DNA from: an uncultured Acidimicrobiia bacterium
Lineage (GTDB): Bacteria > Acidobacteriota > Terriglobia > Versatilivoradales > Versatilivoraceae
Reading direction: 5' to 3'
Length of the DNA: 64,000 nucleotides
NCBI GenBank assembly: GCA_963786955.1
Contig: CAWBAT010000004.1
Coordinates: 352,001-416,000, forward strand
Below, one piece after another: positions 40,774 through 51,935 of the stretch; position 1 is the stretch's first letter, and each line of letters opens with the position of its first letter. The notes beneath the pieces are model-generated. The model was not told the DNA's origin. It saw only the letters and a program-made list of their open reading frames with translations, and ran no database searches. The position numbers and the translations under genes were made by a program.

Positions 40774-41490
40774 TTACCACGCCACGAGTTTTTTCTGAAT
40801 TTCGATGAGTTGCCGGATGCCGGACGAAGCCAATTCGATCAACCCTTCAAGAATTTCTTTCCCAAAGGGGCTACCTTCAGCGGTGCCTTGCACTTCCACT
40901 AATGTTCCCTCACCGGTCTGCACCAGGTTCATGTCAACCTGCGCATGAGAGTCTTCCTCATAATTAAGATCCAGTAATAATTCACCCTCCACACATCCAA
41001 CGCTCGTTGCCGCCACGTAGTCTTTGAGAGGGACCTTCTCCAACGTTCCTTCATGCACCAGTTTCTGCAGGGCCAAGCCTAAGGCTACAAACCCTCCCGT
41101 AATCGAGGCCGTGCGGGTGCCACCATCCGCTTCGATCACGTCGCAATCCACCCAAAGCGTTCGTTCCCCAAGTTCCTCCATGCTGGTAACACTTCTCAAA
41201 GATCTTCCGATCAAACGCTGAATTTCCTGGGTACGGCCGGAAGGCTTCCCTTTCGTCGCTTCTCTCGCCGTCCGCGTCTGCGTCGCCCGAGGCAACATGC
41301 CATACTCACTGGTCACCCAGCCTCTTCCCTGCCCTTTCAAAAATGCTGGAACTGCATTTTCGACGCTGACCGTGCAAATGACTCGAGTGTTTCCAACTGT
41401 AATCAGCACCGAACCATCCGCATTCTTGATAAAGTACGGATGAATCTCCACTTTTCGAAGCTGATCGGCCGTTCTACCATCAACACGCAT
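40774..41490 (-). CDS. rph: Ribonuclease PH
   Basis: [32 protein letters not shown]. Confidence 0.97.
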   Translation of the reverse strand: MRVDGRTADQLRKVEIHPYFIKNADGSVLITVGNTRVICTVSVENAVPAFLKGQGRGWVTSEYGMLPRATQTRTAREATKGKPSGRTQEIQRLIGRSLRSVTSMEELGERTLWVDCDVIEADGGTRTASITGGFVALGLALQKLVHEGTLEKVPLKDYVAATSVGCVEGELLLDLNYEEDSHAQVDMNLVQTGEGTLVEVQGTAEGSPFGKEILEGLIELASSGIRQLIEIQKKLVAW

Positions 41491-41585
41491 AAATCTCCTT
41501 CTTCAAGATCATACACTCATGAGTTGTCACTTCTCAACGCCTTGGGTTCTTCACGTCGCTAGTACTAACTTGCAGAAGTCCGCGT

Positions 41586-41633
41586 TGTAGCTAGCCCCGC
41601 TGTTTAGACCCGGGGTCAGCGACCCCGGCTACA
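41586..41633. repeat. GTAG-type REP-like palindrome
   Basis: TTGTAGC ... CCGGGGTCAGCGACCCCGGCTACAA. Confidence 0.5.
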
Positions 41634-41781
41634 ACAATTAACGCGAATTTGTGCAACTTAGTACTAGTCAGAGCGGTAGCTCCCGGATCTGGACGAAAAG
41701 CAACTCAACACTACTTTCGCTCGTTCACAGATCGGCCATCATTGTACTCTGAACAGACCCCAAAAGCCCCGTAAGATAAGA

Positions 41782-42453
41782 TTAGAGCCGTTGTCTTTCG
41801 TGAGCCGTCGGGTTTTCTGGTTGTTCGGCCTCATTCTCCAAATGCGTAGAATGTCCAGGAGCCATGGAGGTCATCGAGAGATCCTCTGCAATAGGGCGGC
41901 TGATATCCACATGTCCTGCCAGTGTTTCTACATCAGTTCCCTCAATCAGAATTTGGACATTCTTGACGCTAGCAACATTCTGCGTCAGCGAATTGACGAT
42001 GGAATAAACAGAAGCCAATTCCTGGGTGATACCTCCTGGATGCTTGGATGAGACCTCCTTGGTGAAGTCAACCACAGCGATTCCTTCTTTTAGGATGAAG
42101 AGTTCGCGCAATTTTGTTTCCCGTGGCAACGCTGGACCACCAGCACTTCCCGGCCCTCTGATAAGCTCAGCGACTATCTGTTTGGCCTCTGTGGAGCTCA
42201 ACTCGGAGGCGCGAATCTCCCGCTCTTCGGACATGAGGAACCCTACTTTTTCCCGGGAGGGGAAAAAAAGTCTGACTTTCTTCGGAAGGGCAGAGTCAGA
42301 AATCACTGGCCCAGTGACGAGATAGGGCTGAGGTGGCTCAGCTGGCCGTTGGACGAACTCCTGAATTCGCTTGCGAAGATCGTAGTAGAAGGAAACACCC
42401 GCGAGGGTGATGATCAGTAACACAATGAGTCCAAATTTAATATGTCGGGGCAT
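41782..42453 (-). CDS. GerMN domain protein
   Basis: TM anchor, ELIRGP, SIVNSLT, VQILIEG, TLAGHVD. Confidence 0.85.
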   Translation of the reverse strand: MPRHIKFGLIVLLIITLAGVSFYYDLRKRIQEFVQRPAEPPQPYLVTGPVISDSALPKKVRLFFPSREKVGFLMSEEREIRASELSSTEAKQIVAELIRGPGSAGGPALPRETKLRELFILKEGIAVVDFTKEVSSKHPGGITQELASVYSIVNSLTQNVASVKNVQILIEGTDVETLAGHVDISRPIAEDLSMTSMAPGHSTHLENEAEQPENPTAHERQRL

Positions 42454-42455
42454 TT

Positions 42456-43754
42456 CTAATGCTTTGTCTGCTGTGAATGAAATTTTTCAACGGCTATGGA
42501 AACCGTCGCCGCGACCAGATTTTGAAACTGATTTTTGCCGGCCATTTCTTTAAATTCGGATGAACTGGCGTCGCCGATCTCAACCAGAACAGCAGGCATG
42601 GCCAATTGCGTGAGGAGTCGGAGAGGAGCCTGGCGAGAGCGAAATGAGCTGTCGCCTCCATTGAGCGATCGATTGATTTCCTGCTGAAGCAGTTCCGCAA
42701 GGCGTTCGCTCTGGAGAAGACTATTTCGTTGAGATTCTTCCCAAGGAAGAAAAAGCGGGCTGACGCCCGATCCTTCTCTCTGTTCTCCCGCTCCTGAAAT
42801 TGTCCACAGCGGTTTCAATGTATAGGCATAACTCACAGGTTCATAACCCAAATTGCTATTTCCGATGTGGAGGCTGATAAAAAGATCCGATTGAGCCTGA
42901 TTAGCAGCCAAAGCACGTTCTTCCAATGTCAATGACTGGTCCTCCGTTCGAGTCAACACGACAGGGATTCCCAACCGGGTCTGAAGCGCCCAGCGGAGCT
43001 TCTTTCCGATCGCCAATGTCACATCTTTTTCATACAGGTTTTCTTTGATCATGGCTCCTTTATCCGGGCCACCATGTCCTGCATCGATCGTGATGTGTCC
43101 CCACCTCGATGTGTCCTTCCGCGCGGGAAACGGCAATACTTCAGGATTGGGTCTTTCGCTTGAGTCCGCTGGGGGGATTTCGTGCTTCTTGAGTTCCAAA
43201 AGATAGACGTTTTGTGAATCGAAATGAGACAGCCGTGTTTGAATATCCTTGCTCGTCAATTGAATGGACAACTGGTTCAATCCTGGAGACTGATCCAGCG
43301 TAATGGAACTCACTAATGGGTCTTGGTAGTGAAAATCTCTATGAGATAATTCGACGGCATTATCGCCGAAGAGCAACAAAACCCGCAGTTCTTCCTGGCG
43401 CATGATCAATAGTAATGGAGCACCCAACTGAACGGTGATCCGCGTTCCTTGGTCATCCGCAGAAGTTGTGAGATTGATTTTGGTAGGATTTTTCCCCCTC
43501 ATCGAAGCAAATTCTACCGACGTCACGACCGAAGTTGTGGCAGGCAAGAATCGACTGAGAAAGCGATTGACCCCATTGGGTAGGCAAAGAACAACGAGCC
43601 CGATCAAAAGACAACCCAGAAACTTGGGGAATGGAAAAAGGGGCCTGGACATAGAGTTCCTGAGGTATAGAATAGGGACTGACGATTCAACGTTGAGACC
43701 GGTTTCAAGTCTGTCTCCTTTGATTATCAACAAATGCTCAACGGATGAAAACAC
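42456..43754 (-). CDS. N-acetylmuramoyl-L-alanine amidase (Amidase_3); start uncertain
   Basis: IDAGHGG, EKDVTL, FISLH, PAVLVE. Confidence 0.85.
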   Translation of the reverse strand: MFSSVEHLLIIKGDRLETGLNVESSVPILYLRNSMSRPLFPFPKFLGCLLIGLVVLCLPNGVNRFLSRFLPATTSVVTSVEFASMRGKNPTKINLTTSADDQGTRITVQLGAPLLLIMRQEELRVLLLFGDNAVELSHRDFHYQDPLVSSITLDQSPGLNQLSIQLTSKDIQTRLSHFDSQNVYLLELKKHEIPPADSSERPNPEVLPFPARKDTSRWGHITIDAGHGGPDKGAMIKENLYEKDVTLAIGKKLRWALQTRLGIPVVLTRTEDQSLTLEERALAANQAQSDLFISLHIGNSNLGYEPVSYAYTLKPLWTISGAGEQREGSGVSPLFLPWEESQRNSLLQSERLAELLQQEINRSLNGGDSSFRSRQAPLRLLTQLAMPAVLVEIGDASSSEFKEMAGKNQFQNLVAATVSIAVEKFHSQQTKH

Positions 43755-43886
43755 TAAAGTCTTCCGTTCTGTGCTCTCCGAGAGATTTTTGAGATTGAGG
43801 ATCGCTTTGCAACGAGTTGCTTGGGCGATTCCCCGGCAGGCCTGCGGCTGACTTCTTTAGGCAAACTGAAGGGAGTGACCACTGCC

Positions 43887-44972
43887 ATGACCCACAAAGA
43901 AAGACTACTCACTGCTATTAACCATGAAGAACCCGATCGAGTACCCCTTTGCGCGTGGTATACCCCTGAAGCTGAACGGCGCCTTCTGCGCCATCTAGGG
44001 GTGGAATCGACAGAAACAGAGACCTACAAATCGGCCGGAGGACCCCTTCCCATTCTCATGGATCATGACTTCCTGATTTCCTGGATGGGCCCTTGCACGG
44101 GGTACTATGCAAACTCGGCCAAACAGTACACCGATGAGTGGGGAATCCGATGGAGATGGATCCAGCACATTTCGAGTGGAGCTTTCACAGAGATGGCCGA
44201 ACACCCGTTGGCCGATATCACGGATCCAGCGCAATTCACCATGCCGGATTTCTCCAACGAGGACCGCTACGACGGCATCCGGAAGCTAATTACCGAACAT
44301 GGGAAGGAATACGGCATCATGGGCGGGCTTGCCTGTACGTTGTTTGAACTCGCCTGGTACTTGCGCGGTATGGAGACCGTTTTGGAGGACCTCGTTTCCC
44401 GCAAAGATTTCGCCCATGCCTACATCGAGAAGCTGATGAGCTGGATTCGAACGGCCGGCAGGAAATTTGTTGAACTGGGTGTGGATATCATCTGGATTGG
44501 GGACGATTTTGGAACCCAAAATCGAATGCTTCTCTCGCCAGCTATTTTCCGCGAGTACTTTAAGCCGCGCTACGCCGAGCTTTTCTCGGAATGGAAGAGC
44601 ATCAACCCTCAAGTCAAAATTGCATTTCATACGGACGGATATGTCGTTCCGATCATCCCGGATCTAATTGAGATCGGACTCGATATTCTCAACCCCATCC
44701 AGCCAAAATCGATGGATCCTGCCCAAATCAAGAAAGAATTCGGAAACCACCTCACCCTTTGGGGGACTATCGATATTCAGGAGGTACTCCCATTTGGCAC
44801 TCCCGAGGACGTTGCCAATGAAGTGAAGCTACGTTTGCGCACTGCAGGGAAGGGTGGAGGATTAATCATCGCCCCGGCTCATAACCTCCAGCCAGATGTC
44901 CCTATCGAGAATATACTGACTTTTTATGAAACGGCGAAAACATACGGCCGGTACCCGCTTCGATTTAATTAG
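43887..44972 (+). CDS. Uroporphyrinogen decarboxylase / methyltransferase superfamily protein
   Basis: MTHKERL..EPDRVP, DEWG, GDDFGTQ, HTDG, LNPIQ, APAHN. Confidence 0.85.
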   Translation: MTHKERLLTAINHEEPDRVPLCAWYTPEAERRLLRHLGVESTETETYKSAGGPLPILMDHDFLISWMGPCTGYYANSAKQYTDEWGIRWRWIQHISSGAFTEMAEHPLADITDPAQFTMPDFSNEDRYDGIRKLITEHGKEYGIMGGLACTLFELAWYLRGMETVLEDLVSRKDFAHAYIEKLMSWIRTAGRKFVELGVDIIWIGDDFGTQNRMLLSPAIFREYFKPRYAELFSEWKSINPQVKIAFHTDGYVVPIIPDLIEIGLDILNPIQPKSMDPAQIKKEFGNHLTLWGTIDIQEVLPFGTPEDVANEVKLRLRTAGKGGGLIIAPAHNLQPDVPIENILTFYETAKTYGRYPLRFN

Positions 44973-45066
44973 ATTGGGATTCCTGGAAAGAGAGAATAAT
45001 CAGACTCTTGAGTGTGGCTGCTTCTTCGAAGACATGCAAAGGGCACATGTCTTCGCCACCCACGAA

Positions 45067-45091
45067 TGGTGGGGGCTGGGGGGAGTCGAAC
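45067..45091 (-). mobile_element. Degenerate copy of tmRNA 3' end (possible att site)
   Basis: TGGTGGGGGCTGGGGGGAGTCGAAC versus TGGTGGAGGCGGCGGGAGTCGAAC at 49507. Confidence 0.5.
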
Positions 45092-45174
45092 TATCCAATT
45101 TTTTCCGTTAAAATTAACGAGTCGATTTTGATGTCAGATGCCTGAATTCATGGAGATTCTCGTTAGCTTCCCTT

Positions 45175-47942
45175 ATGGTAGCCAATCCATCTTCAAAGGC
45201 CAAAAGGACGATTGACGGACTTGTTCTTTTCGTGCTCGTTCTTCCAATCTTAACTTTTGATGGGCTCGGAGAATCTTCTGAAAAAAGTGAGTTCTTCGAA
45301 AAAAGCATTCGTCCGGTTCTTTCGACGAGTTGTTACCCATGCCACGCCAGTCTCAGGAGTGGCGGATTGCGACTCGACTCGCGCCAGAATATCCTGAAAG
45401 GTGGTAATGACGGTCCGGTCGTCGTCCCCGGTCAACCCGAAAAGAGTCTTCTCATACAAGCCATTCGTCTAACCCATGAGCGGTTCAAGATGCCGCTTGG
45501 TGGCCCGAAGCTTGATGATGAGGTAATCAAGAATTTCACTCAGTGGATTCAGAATGGACTGGCTTGGCCCGAATCGCCTGAGGAATTCTTCAGCGCCCAT
45601 GTTCGACCCGTACTTTCGAAGAGCTGTTTACCGTGTCATAGTGCTTCCCCTCACGGCCATCTTCAATTGGACACCCGCGAGCACATGCTCAAAGGGGGAG
45701 ACTCGGGACCCGCGTTGGTTGCCGGCGATCCGGCGCGGAGTCTGCTAATCCAGTCCATGGAACACAAGCACGACAAACTGAAGATGCCTCCTAGTAAACC
45801 CCTCTCAGACGAGGAGCAAGCCGACCTTGTAGCTTGGGTAAAGCAAGGTGCGCCTTGGGCCGGTGGGGCCATCACAGCGGCGGATGCTGACTACCAGATC
45901 ACCTCGGAACAAAGATCTTTTTGGTCCTTTCAGCCTTTGAAATACCCCGCTGTCCCCAAGGTCAGAGATCAAAGATGGGTTCGGACCGAGCTGGACAACT
46001 TTATTCTCGCGAAACTTGAGTCGAAGGGGCTAAAACCGACTTCGCAGGCGAGCAAGCGAGAGCTGATTCGTCGCGTGAGCTATGATTTGACCGGGCTCCC
46101 TCCAAATCCCGAAGAGGTGGAAGCCTTTATGAGCGACACATCCCCAATTGCGTTCTCTCAAGTCGTCGATCGACTGCTAGCCTCGCCCCATTATGGCGAG
46201 CGATGGGCTCGGCACTGGCTCGATCTAGTTCGATACGCAGATACTGCCGGCGACAATGCGGACTACCCTATCCCCCAGGCCCATCTCTATCGCCGTTACG
46301 TCATTGATTCTCTCAACAACGATAAATCTTACGACGAGTTCATCCGGGAACAGATCGCCGGCGATCTTCTGCCAGCGAAGACGGAACCGGAGCATTGGGA
46401 GCACATCGTTGCGACCGGTTACCTCGCCATCGCCAAACGGTTTGGGACGGAGCCAGAAAAGCAGAGGTACCTGACGATTGATGACACGATTGACAACCTG
46501 GGCAAGACCTTTCTTGGCCTGTCAGTCTCCTGCGCACGCTGTCATGATCACAAGTTCGACCCCATTTCGAACAAAGACTATTATGCCCTCTACGGTATTC
46601 TAGACAGCACGCGCTATCCCTTTTCGGGATCGGAAATGCGCAATGAGCAAAGGGATTTGGTTTTCCGGTTTCCACAGGACGAAGCCGCTTCGAAACCTTT
46701 CTATGATGAACTAAAAGATCTCGAGGAACGAATCAAGGAACTACAAAAGAAAAGGAACGCGTTGGCAACTGTAGGTACCGGAACCCAGGGCATCAAGGAT
46801 CCGACAAATTCCGCTTCAATACCCACACAGACTAGCGCTCGCACGGTTGAAGACCTCAATCTGGAAATTGCGGAATTGAAGAAGCAACGCCTGGCAATCT
46901 TGAGGGCAAGACCCCTCGTAGAAGACGCATTTGCCGTCGGGGAGGAGAAGCCCCATGACGCCCCAGTCCTCTTACGCGGAGACCCCGAGAAACCGGGCGA
47001 CCTCGTGCCACGCCGATTCCTGCAGATCCTAGGAGGAGAGCAGTTACCTGCCAATTGCAAGCAAAGTGGCCGTCTGCAACTAGCTCATTGGATTGCCAGC
47101 CCGGATAACCCACTGACAGCTCGCGTCATGGTAAACCGAATCTGGGAATACCATTTTGGCAAGAGCTTGGTCACGACTCCCAGTGACTTTGGGAAACGTG
47201 GCCGGCCTCCAACGCATCCGGAGCTTCTCGATTACCTGGCGATGCGCTTCATTGAGAGTGGATGGTCATTAAAGGCCTTACACCGTCTCATTCTGCTTTC
47301 CGCGACCTATCAACTTTCGAGTAAGGGAGGAGCGGAGAACGCCAAAAGTGACGTCTCCAATGACTTGCGCTGGAGATTCGACAGGCAGCGGCTCGATGCG
47401 GAGTCCATCCGCGATGCCATGCTAGCAGTGAGTGGTGATCTGGATCTCCGGGAGGCGAGCGCACATCCCTTCCCCCACCCGGCAGACTGGAACTGGTCGC
47501 AGCACAAGCCTTTCGAAGCTACATATCCCACCAACAAGCGGAGTGTCTATCTCATGCTCCAGCGAAGCCAGCGACATCCTTATCTCTCGATCTTCGACGG
47601 TGCCGACACAAACGTCAGCACAGCCTTGCGAACTGCCAGCATCACCCCACTGCAAGCGCTTTACATGATGAACAGCGAATTCATCCACGAACGCTCGCTG
47701 CATTTTGCTGATCGCTTGATTGCTAGCACGCCCAACGACGCGGGCCGCTTGAAGTTGGCTTTCCAGTTGGCGTTTGCCCGGCTGCCCACACGGAGGAGAG
47801 CCAACATGCGATCGAATACTGCCGCTCAAGTCGGGAAAAGCTTGCGTCTTCAGGGGTAACTATCGGCCAGCTGCCGCGTGAGGTATGGGCTAGCTTCCTT
47901 TGCGCCGTGCTTGCGAGCAACGAGTTTATTTATATTGATTGA
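45175..47942 (+). CDS. Planctomycete cytochrome c + DUF1549/DUF1553 protein; frameshift near 47790
   Basis: CYPCH, CLPCH, CARCHDHK, YGERWARHWLD, HPELLD; C-terminus SNEFIYID in shifted frame. Confidence 0.88.
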
Positions 47943-47954
47943 GGAGCGGTACAA

Positions 47955-49343
47955 ATGGTCCAGCGCAAAACTGCAGGATTTTCCCGACGCGGAGTCTTGC
48001 GTTCCCTCGTGGGAACTCCGTTGATCCTTCCGGCAATCTTGTCGGAGCTCCTTGCCGAGGCTCCCCCGGCGGAATCGGTTAACGCTAGTTCACTGGCACC
48101 CAAGGCGCCCCACTTTCCTGCACGAGCCAAGCGTGTCATTTTCCTGCACATGAGCGGCGGAGTTTCTCACGTTGATACTTTCGACCCAAAACCCAAACTC
48201 ATTGCGGACAGCGGAAAGACTGTCCAAAAGGATCAATTCCTGACCCTGCCCCAATGGAACTTCAAGCGGTACGGGAAGTCCGGCATCGAAATCAGTGATC
48301 TGTTCCCAAACATTGGCGATTGCGCAGACGACCTCTGCATCATCCGGAGCATGAAAAACGACAACGAGGATCACGTCGAGGCGACACTCGGGATCCATAC
48401 AGGCTCGGTTACCTTTACCAGGCCCAGCATTGGTGCCTGGGTGAGCTATGGGTTGGGAACATCCAACCAGAATCTGCCCTCGTTTATCGTCATTGCGCCA
48501 CAAATGCCCTACGGCGGCAGCCAGGCTTGGGGATCGGACTTTCTGCCGGCCATTCATCAGGGAACCCGAATTGTGCCCGGTGGTGACCCCATTCCTGATT
48601 TGAAGTCGCGAGCGCTTTCACCCGAGATTCAGGAGATGGAGCTTGGGCTCATTAATTTCTTCAACCAAAGGCACTTACACGAACGCGAACCGGATGTCTC
48701 CCTGGCGGCGCGAATTAAGTCTTTTGAAACCGCTTACAGCATGCAACGGGAGGCACCGGAAGCGTTTGATCTTTCGAACGAGTCCGACGCGACCTTGAAG
48801 CTTTACGGCCTCGAACGCGGATCGACGATAGGGTTTGCCTGGCAGTGTCTGGTGGCGAGACGGCTAGCGGAGCGAGGCGTGCGTTTCATTGAACTCATCG
48901 ATTCCGGTTCTTCCAAAAACTGGGACGCTCATACTGACATGCAATCGTGCGTCCCCTTAGCCAAAAACGTCGACCGACCCATTGCAGGCCTGCTCAAGGA
49001 CTTGAGATCGAGAGGACTGCTCGACGACACGCTAGTGGTGTGGACTACAGAGTTCGGCAGGAAACCATTCGCGGAATCAGTGGGTGCAAAAGGCCGAGGC
49101 CATCACCCCGGTGCTTACAGCTCTTGGCTTGCCGGTGCTGGCGTTAAAGGTGGAATGATTTACGGACAAACCGACGAGTACGGCATAGAGGTCACCTCAG
49201 ACCCCATGCACATTCACGACTTTCATGCGACCATCCTCTATCTCCTCGGCATTGAGCACACCCGATTGACTTTTCGATATGGCGGCCGCGATTTTAGACT
49301 CACCGACGTGTCGGGGCGAGCAATTAAAGAGATCCTGGTGTAA
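47955..49343 (+). CDS. DUF1501 protein (Tat-like signal)
   Basis: SRRGVL, GGVSHVDTFDPKP, WDAH, EFGR, RLTDVSG. Confidence 0.9.
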   Translation: MVQRKTAGFSRRGVLRSLVGTPLILPAILSELLAEAPPAESVNASSLAPKAPHFPARAKRVIFLHMSGGVSHVDTFDPKPKLIADSGKTVQKDQFLTLPQWNFKRYGKSGIEISDLFPNIGDCADDLCIIRSMKNDNEDHVEATLGIHTGSVTFTRPSIGAWVSYGLGTSNQNLPSFIVIAPQMPYGGSQAWGSDFLPAIHQGTRIVPGGDPIPDLKSRALSPEIQEMELGLINFFNQRHLHEREPDVSLAARIKSFETAYSMQREAPEAFDLSNESDATLKLYGLERGSTIGFAWQCLVARRLAERGVRFIELIDSGSSKNWDAHTDMQSCVPLAKNVDRPIAGLLKDLRSRGLLDDTLVVWTTEFGRKPFAESVGAKGRGHHPGAYSSWLAGAGVKGGMIYGQTDEYGIEVTSDPMHIHDFHATILYLLGIEHTRLTFRYGGRDFRLTDVSGRAIKEILV

Positions 49344-49506
49344 GCCTTGCCCCTTCCCACCACTAGATTTGGCCCCTTGGGGTCATTTAAGGTTGCCCGT
49401 TTCAAGTTCGAAACGGATGTTCGGCGGGCGGGAGAGACGAGTGATTCACAGCGAGCGGCAAACGGGGCCCCCCGTGCATCATTCATTTCGACACACGGAA
49501 GAAAAA

Positions 49507-49856
49507 TGGTGGAGGCGGCGGGAGTCGAACCCGCGTCCGAAAATACTCAGCAAGAAGAATCTACGAGCGTATCCGCTTCAATTTGTTTCACGATCTGACA
49601 CGCAGAAACGGCAAGACTGCCAAACCGCTAGTCCGGTGAGTTTCGCTAGTTGTCCCCGAACAATTACAACCAGCTATCCTGTTTGTCGACGCCCCACATT
49701 CACTGCACAGGCACCAGTAAAGGAGACGGCTACCTGATTAGGCAGCTAACGCTAATTGTTGATCAGCAGTTAAGTTATGTTCCATATTTTTAACGAGGGC
49801 ATGGTCCTCGGCACGCATCTTCCGCCCTGTAATCCCGTCGAAACCGTTTCGCCCCC
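49507..49856 (-). ncRNA. ssrA: tmRNA, tag (A)ADQQLALAA
   Basis: 5' GGGGGCGAAACGGTTTCGACGGG; 3' GGTTCGACTCCCGCCGCCTCCACCA; tag ORF 49767-49738. Confidence 0.95.
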
Positions 49857-50174
49857 GGATTCAAAGCTTCCCTTGCATTATAAGGAGCCGTTCATTAAAG
49901 TGTCAAGCGAGACTGTCGAACGGGTACCCCTAAGAATTTTCTTTGTAACAAATTCTAAAGAAAAACACCTAAATTACCGTTTGGATAGTTCGGAAGCAAG
50001 TATTTGATGCCAGATTGCAGTTCAGGGGCGTCAATCAGGGTAGGACCCTACTTGCTGGGGTCAGCGACAAACCTGCTAGTTTGGAGTTGACATCGATTAT
50101 AATGTCCAAAGCATTCTAGCTCGGTTTTAGAAACACCATTCATTCCTCGTGCCGAGAAGGGAGATAGGCTGTCG

Positions 50175-51755
50175 ATGGAAAACGAAAACTTCAGTGAAGG
50201 CAAACTCCGCGAGATTCTGCAAAAGACCGTCACCAACCGGGTATCCACTGTTGGAAAGGACTTAATGGAGTTTCGGACCAATTTTCAGCAGTCCGCCCAG
50301 ACGATTATCGAGAATGTCAGCCAGATCCTGAGCTCTGTCGAGGAAGAATTACTGGATGACCTCAAGGCCGAGATCTCCCAGCTCGAATCGGGAATGCGGG
50401 GTAAAGTTGCGGGTGAATTACGCGGCCAATTAGAAGTTGAATTGCGCCAGGAAATAGAAGCGGAGCTGGAACCACGCCTGGGCGTGGCCAAAGAAAGTGG
50501 AATGCAGCTTGCCCAAGAGAAACTCCATACCAAGATGGAGATTCTCAACAATGCCCTTCGGGAAATTAGCCTGAACAATAGCCAGGTCGAAATCCTCACG
50601 AGCTACCTTGACAAGGCTTCTCTTTTTGCGTCTCGGGTCGCTTTGTTTGTGATGAAATCCGGAAATCTACTTGGCTGGCAAGCTCGGGGATTCGAAGGGG
50701 AGTTTAATAATGCATCCATCAAATCAGTCATCTTCTTGCCCGAACACGATAATGCGCTTCGTCGTGCAGCAGAAAGCCGCAAGCCCTTTGACGGTATGAC
50801 CGCCGGGAATCGGGACATGTTGGATCTGGTATCCCGATTCGGGCCGGTGGCTCCAGAAGTGGCTTGTGCCATCCCGCTCGTGGTTCGAGACAAGGCCGTG
50901 GCTGTTCTATATGCTGATTCCGGTATGGGGACCACACACCACGTCGATGAGCACGCCTTGAAGATTGTCACCACGGTCGTCAGCCTGACGGTTGAGTTGA
51001 GCAGCGCCAGAGCAAAACTGGGTGTGAAGCCGGCCGAATCGGCTCCCTTCACTCATGCAGCGCCCGAAAAGACAAGAGAGGTCCGTGAAGTCACCGAAGG
51101 GAGTGAACTCCATGAGGTGCCAAGACACTGGTCTGAAAGCAAGGGTGCGCCTCCAGCAGTGCCATCGCCGAAGGAAGAACCTGCTCCAGAGCCTCTTACC
51201 GCGACACCCTCAAAACGGGCTGAGACTCTGGAAGAGACAGCCAGCACTCCGTCTCCAGCAGTGCCATCGCCGAAGGAAGAACCTGCTCCAGAGCCGATTA
51301 CCGTGACACCTTCAAAACGGGCTGAGACTCTGGAAGAAACTGCCAACACTCCGTCTCCGGCCTCAAGCTCCCGATCCGCCGAATTGGAGACACCACAAGT
51401 CGAGGCAAAACCTCAACGAGAGACGCCCGCATATACACCGGTTTCCCTAGAAATTCTCAGCGAGGAGGAGCAAAAATTTCACAATGACGCACGGCGATTT
51501 GCTCGCCTTCTCGTCTCAGAAATTAAGCTCTACAACGAACAAAAAGTTCACGCCGGACGAAGAGACAAAAACCTGTATTTGTTGCTCCGAGATGATATCG
51601 ACAAGAGCCGGGAAATGTACGACAAGCGAGTGTCACCAGATGTTGCCGCTAAAGTCGATTATTTCTACGACGAACTTGTCAAGATCCTCGCTGAAAACCA
51701 GGTTGCGACGCTCGGAGCCGAATGTCCCGGACCTGTAATTTTAACGAGGCAGTAA
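50175..51755 (+). CDS. Coiled-coil + GAF-like + Pro/Glu linker + conserved-looking helical C-terminal protein
   Basis: IPLVVRDKAVAVLYAD; ARRFARLLVSEIKLYN. Confidence 0.7.
   Translation: MENENFSEGKLREILQKTVTNRVSTVGKDLMEFRTNFQQSAQTIIENVSQILSSVEEELLDDLKAEISQLESGMRGKVAGELRGQLEVELRQEIEAELEPRLGVAKESGMQLAQEKLHTKMEILNNALREISLNNSQVEILTSYLDKASLFASRVALFVMKSGNLLGWQARGFEGEFNNASIKSVIFLPEHDNALRRAAESRKPFDGMTAGNRDMLDLVSRFGPVAPEVACAIPLVVRDKAVAVLYADSGMGTTHHVDEHALKIVTTVVSLTVELSSARAKLGVKPAESAPFTHAAPEKTREVREVTEGSELHEVPRHWSESKGAPPAVPSPKEEPAPEPLTATPSKRAETLEETASTPSPAVPSPKEEPAPEPITVTPSKRAETLEETANTPSPASSSRSAELETPQVEAKPQRETPAYTPVSLEILSEEEQKFHNDARRFARLLVSEIKLYNEQKVHAGRRDKNLYLLLRDDIDKSREMYDKRVSPDVAAKVDYFYDELVKILAENQVATLGAECPGPVILTRQ
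51151..51358 (+). repeat. In-frame 102-bp tandem duplication (34 aa x2)
   Basis: PAVPSPKEEPAPEP..TPSKRAETLEETA.TPS twice; copies start at 51151 and 51253. Confidence 0.9.
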
Positions 51756-51935
51756 AGATCCCCATCCTACCCTCTTCACGAAACTATTGCAGCCTTCCGC
51801 TTGCTGACCTACTATTTGGCCAACATTAAGAGGGTGAAACAGAATACTCCCGAAAGGGAACTCTCCCCTCTTTCACTGAAAACTTGATATTAATGGATCG
51901 TCGGAATCAAATGTTTTCCTTTTCTTGACCTCCTC

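Noticed and set aside
49279-50007. ORFs overlapping tmRNA
   Set aside because: Antisense to ssrA and spurious
51151-51358. 102-bp repeat as a DGR TR/VR pair
   Set aside because: Tandem and in frame, mismatches not restricted to A, no RT
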